Source: Escherichia phage vB_EcoM_Alf5
Reading direction: 5' to 3' (one strand)
Sequence record: KX377933
DNA: 64,000 nt
Both the position numbers and the translations under genes were made by a program. Below the pieces are notes generated by a model. That model did not search any database. It was not told the DNA's origin and was given only the letters and a program-made list of their open reading frames with translations. Shown piece by piece: positions 63,815 to 64,000 of this stretch. How positions within the stretch are numbered: the stretch's first letter is position 1; every line of letters starts with the position of its first letter.

Positions 63815-63972
63815 AAATTTTACTGTCACTTGGTAGTGTAGCAGTATTTGTTTACCTTATTTGCAAGTACTATGCAGAGCACAAGAAGTGTGACTACTGT
63901 AACGGAGAAGGGTATACAAGAGCAGGTTGTTGCCCTATGTGTGGTGGTTCTGGTAAAATGTTTAATAAGTAA
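63796..63972 (+). CDS. small membrane protein with CxxCxGxG zinc-finger repeats (putative)
   Basis: 58 aa, below ORF-track cutoff; GAGAGGTGAG before ATG 63796; hydrophobic N-terminus then CDYCNGEG and CPMCGGSG. Confidence 0.3.
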   Translation: MQAYWIEILLSLGSVAVFVYLICKYYAEHKKCDYCNGEGYTRAGCCPMCGGSGKMFNK

Positions 63973-64000
63973 TTTAACAGTAAACTAAGAGGAAAGTATT

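Overview
This window reads as a ~64 kb segment of a virulent tailed dsDNA phage (Caudoviricetes), with no integrase or lysogeny genes seen. All calls are by eye from the sequence and the supplied ORF track; no searches or folding were run, so tRNA anticodons and all boundaries are approximate. Layout: (1) 1-540, the 3' end of an upstream gene plus near-consensus sigma70-like promoters; (2) 540-5800, a dense array of about 26 plus-strand tRNA genes interleaved with an HNH endonuclease gene, a membrane-protein gene and several conserved hairpins or tRNA-like elements; (3) 6020-29680, a plus-strand late module: large terminase, portal, S49-type prohead protease/scaffold, major capsid, then a contractile-tail cassette (sheath, tube, chaperone pair with a -1 slippery site, tape measure, baseplate, two tail fibres with His-rich tips); (4) 29725-40777, a minus-strand block: thymidylate synthase, DHFR, small unknown genes, ATP-dependent DNA ligase, an HNH-AP2 endonuclease and a T7-like family A DNA polymerase, with two intergenic copies of a composite repeat; (5) 41035-63972, a plus-strand block: dNMP kinase, T7 gp4-like primase-helicase, SSB, 5'-3' exonuclease, class Ia RNR (nrdA, nrdB, nrdH-like), an anaerobic RNR gene nrdD split by an intron carrying an HNH homing endonuclease, nrdG, and a terminal two-gene cassette of a PRPP-synthetase-family protein next to a NAMPT-family protein. 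That cassette has the architecture of the NARP1 phage NAD+ reconstitution pathway and is my top candidate for the system of interest; the duplicated phased-repeat elements at 33.3-33.6 kb and 34.7-35.0 kb and the structured-RNA elements in the tRNA array are the other main unexplained signals.
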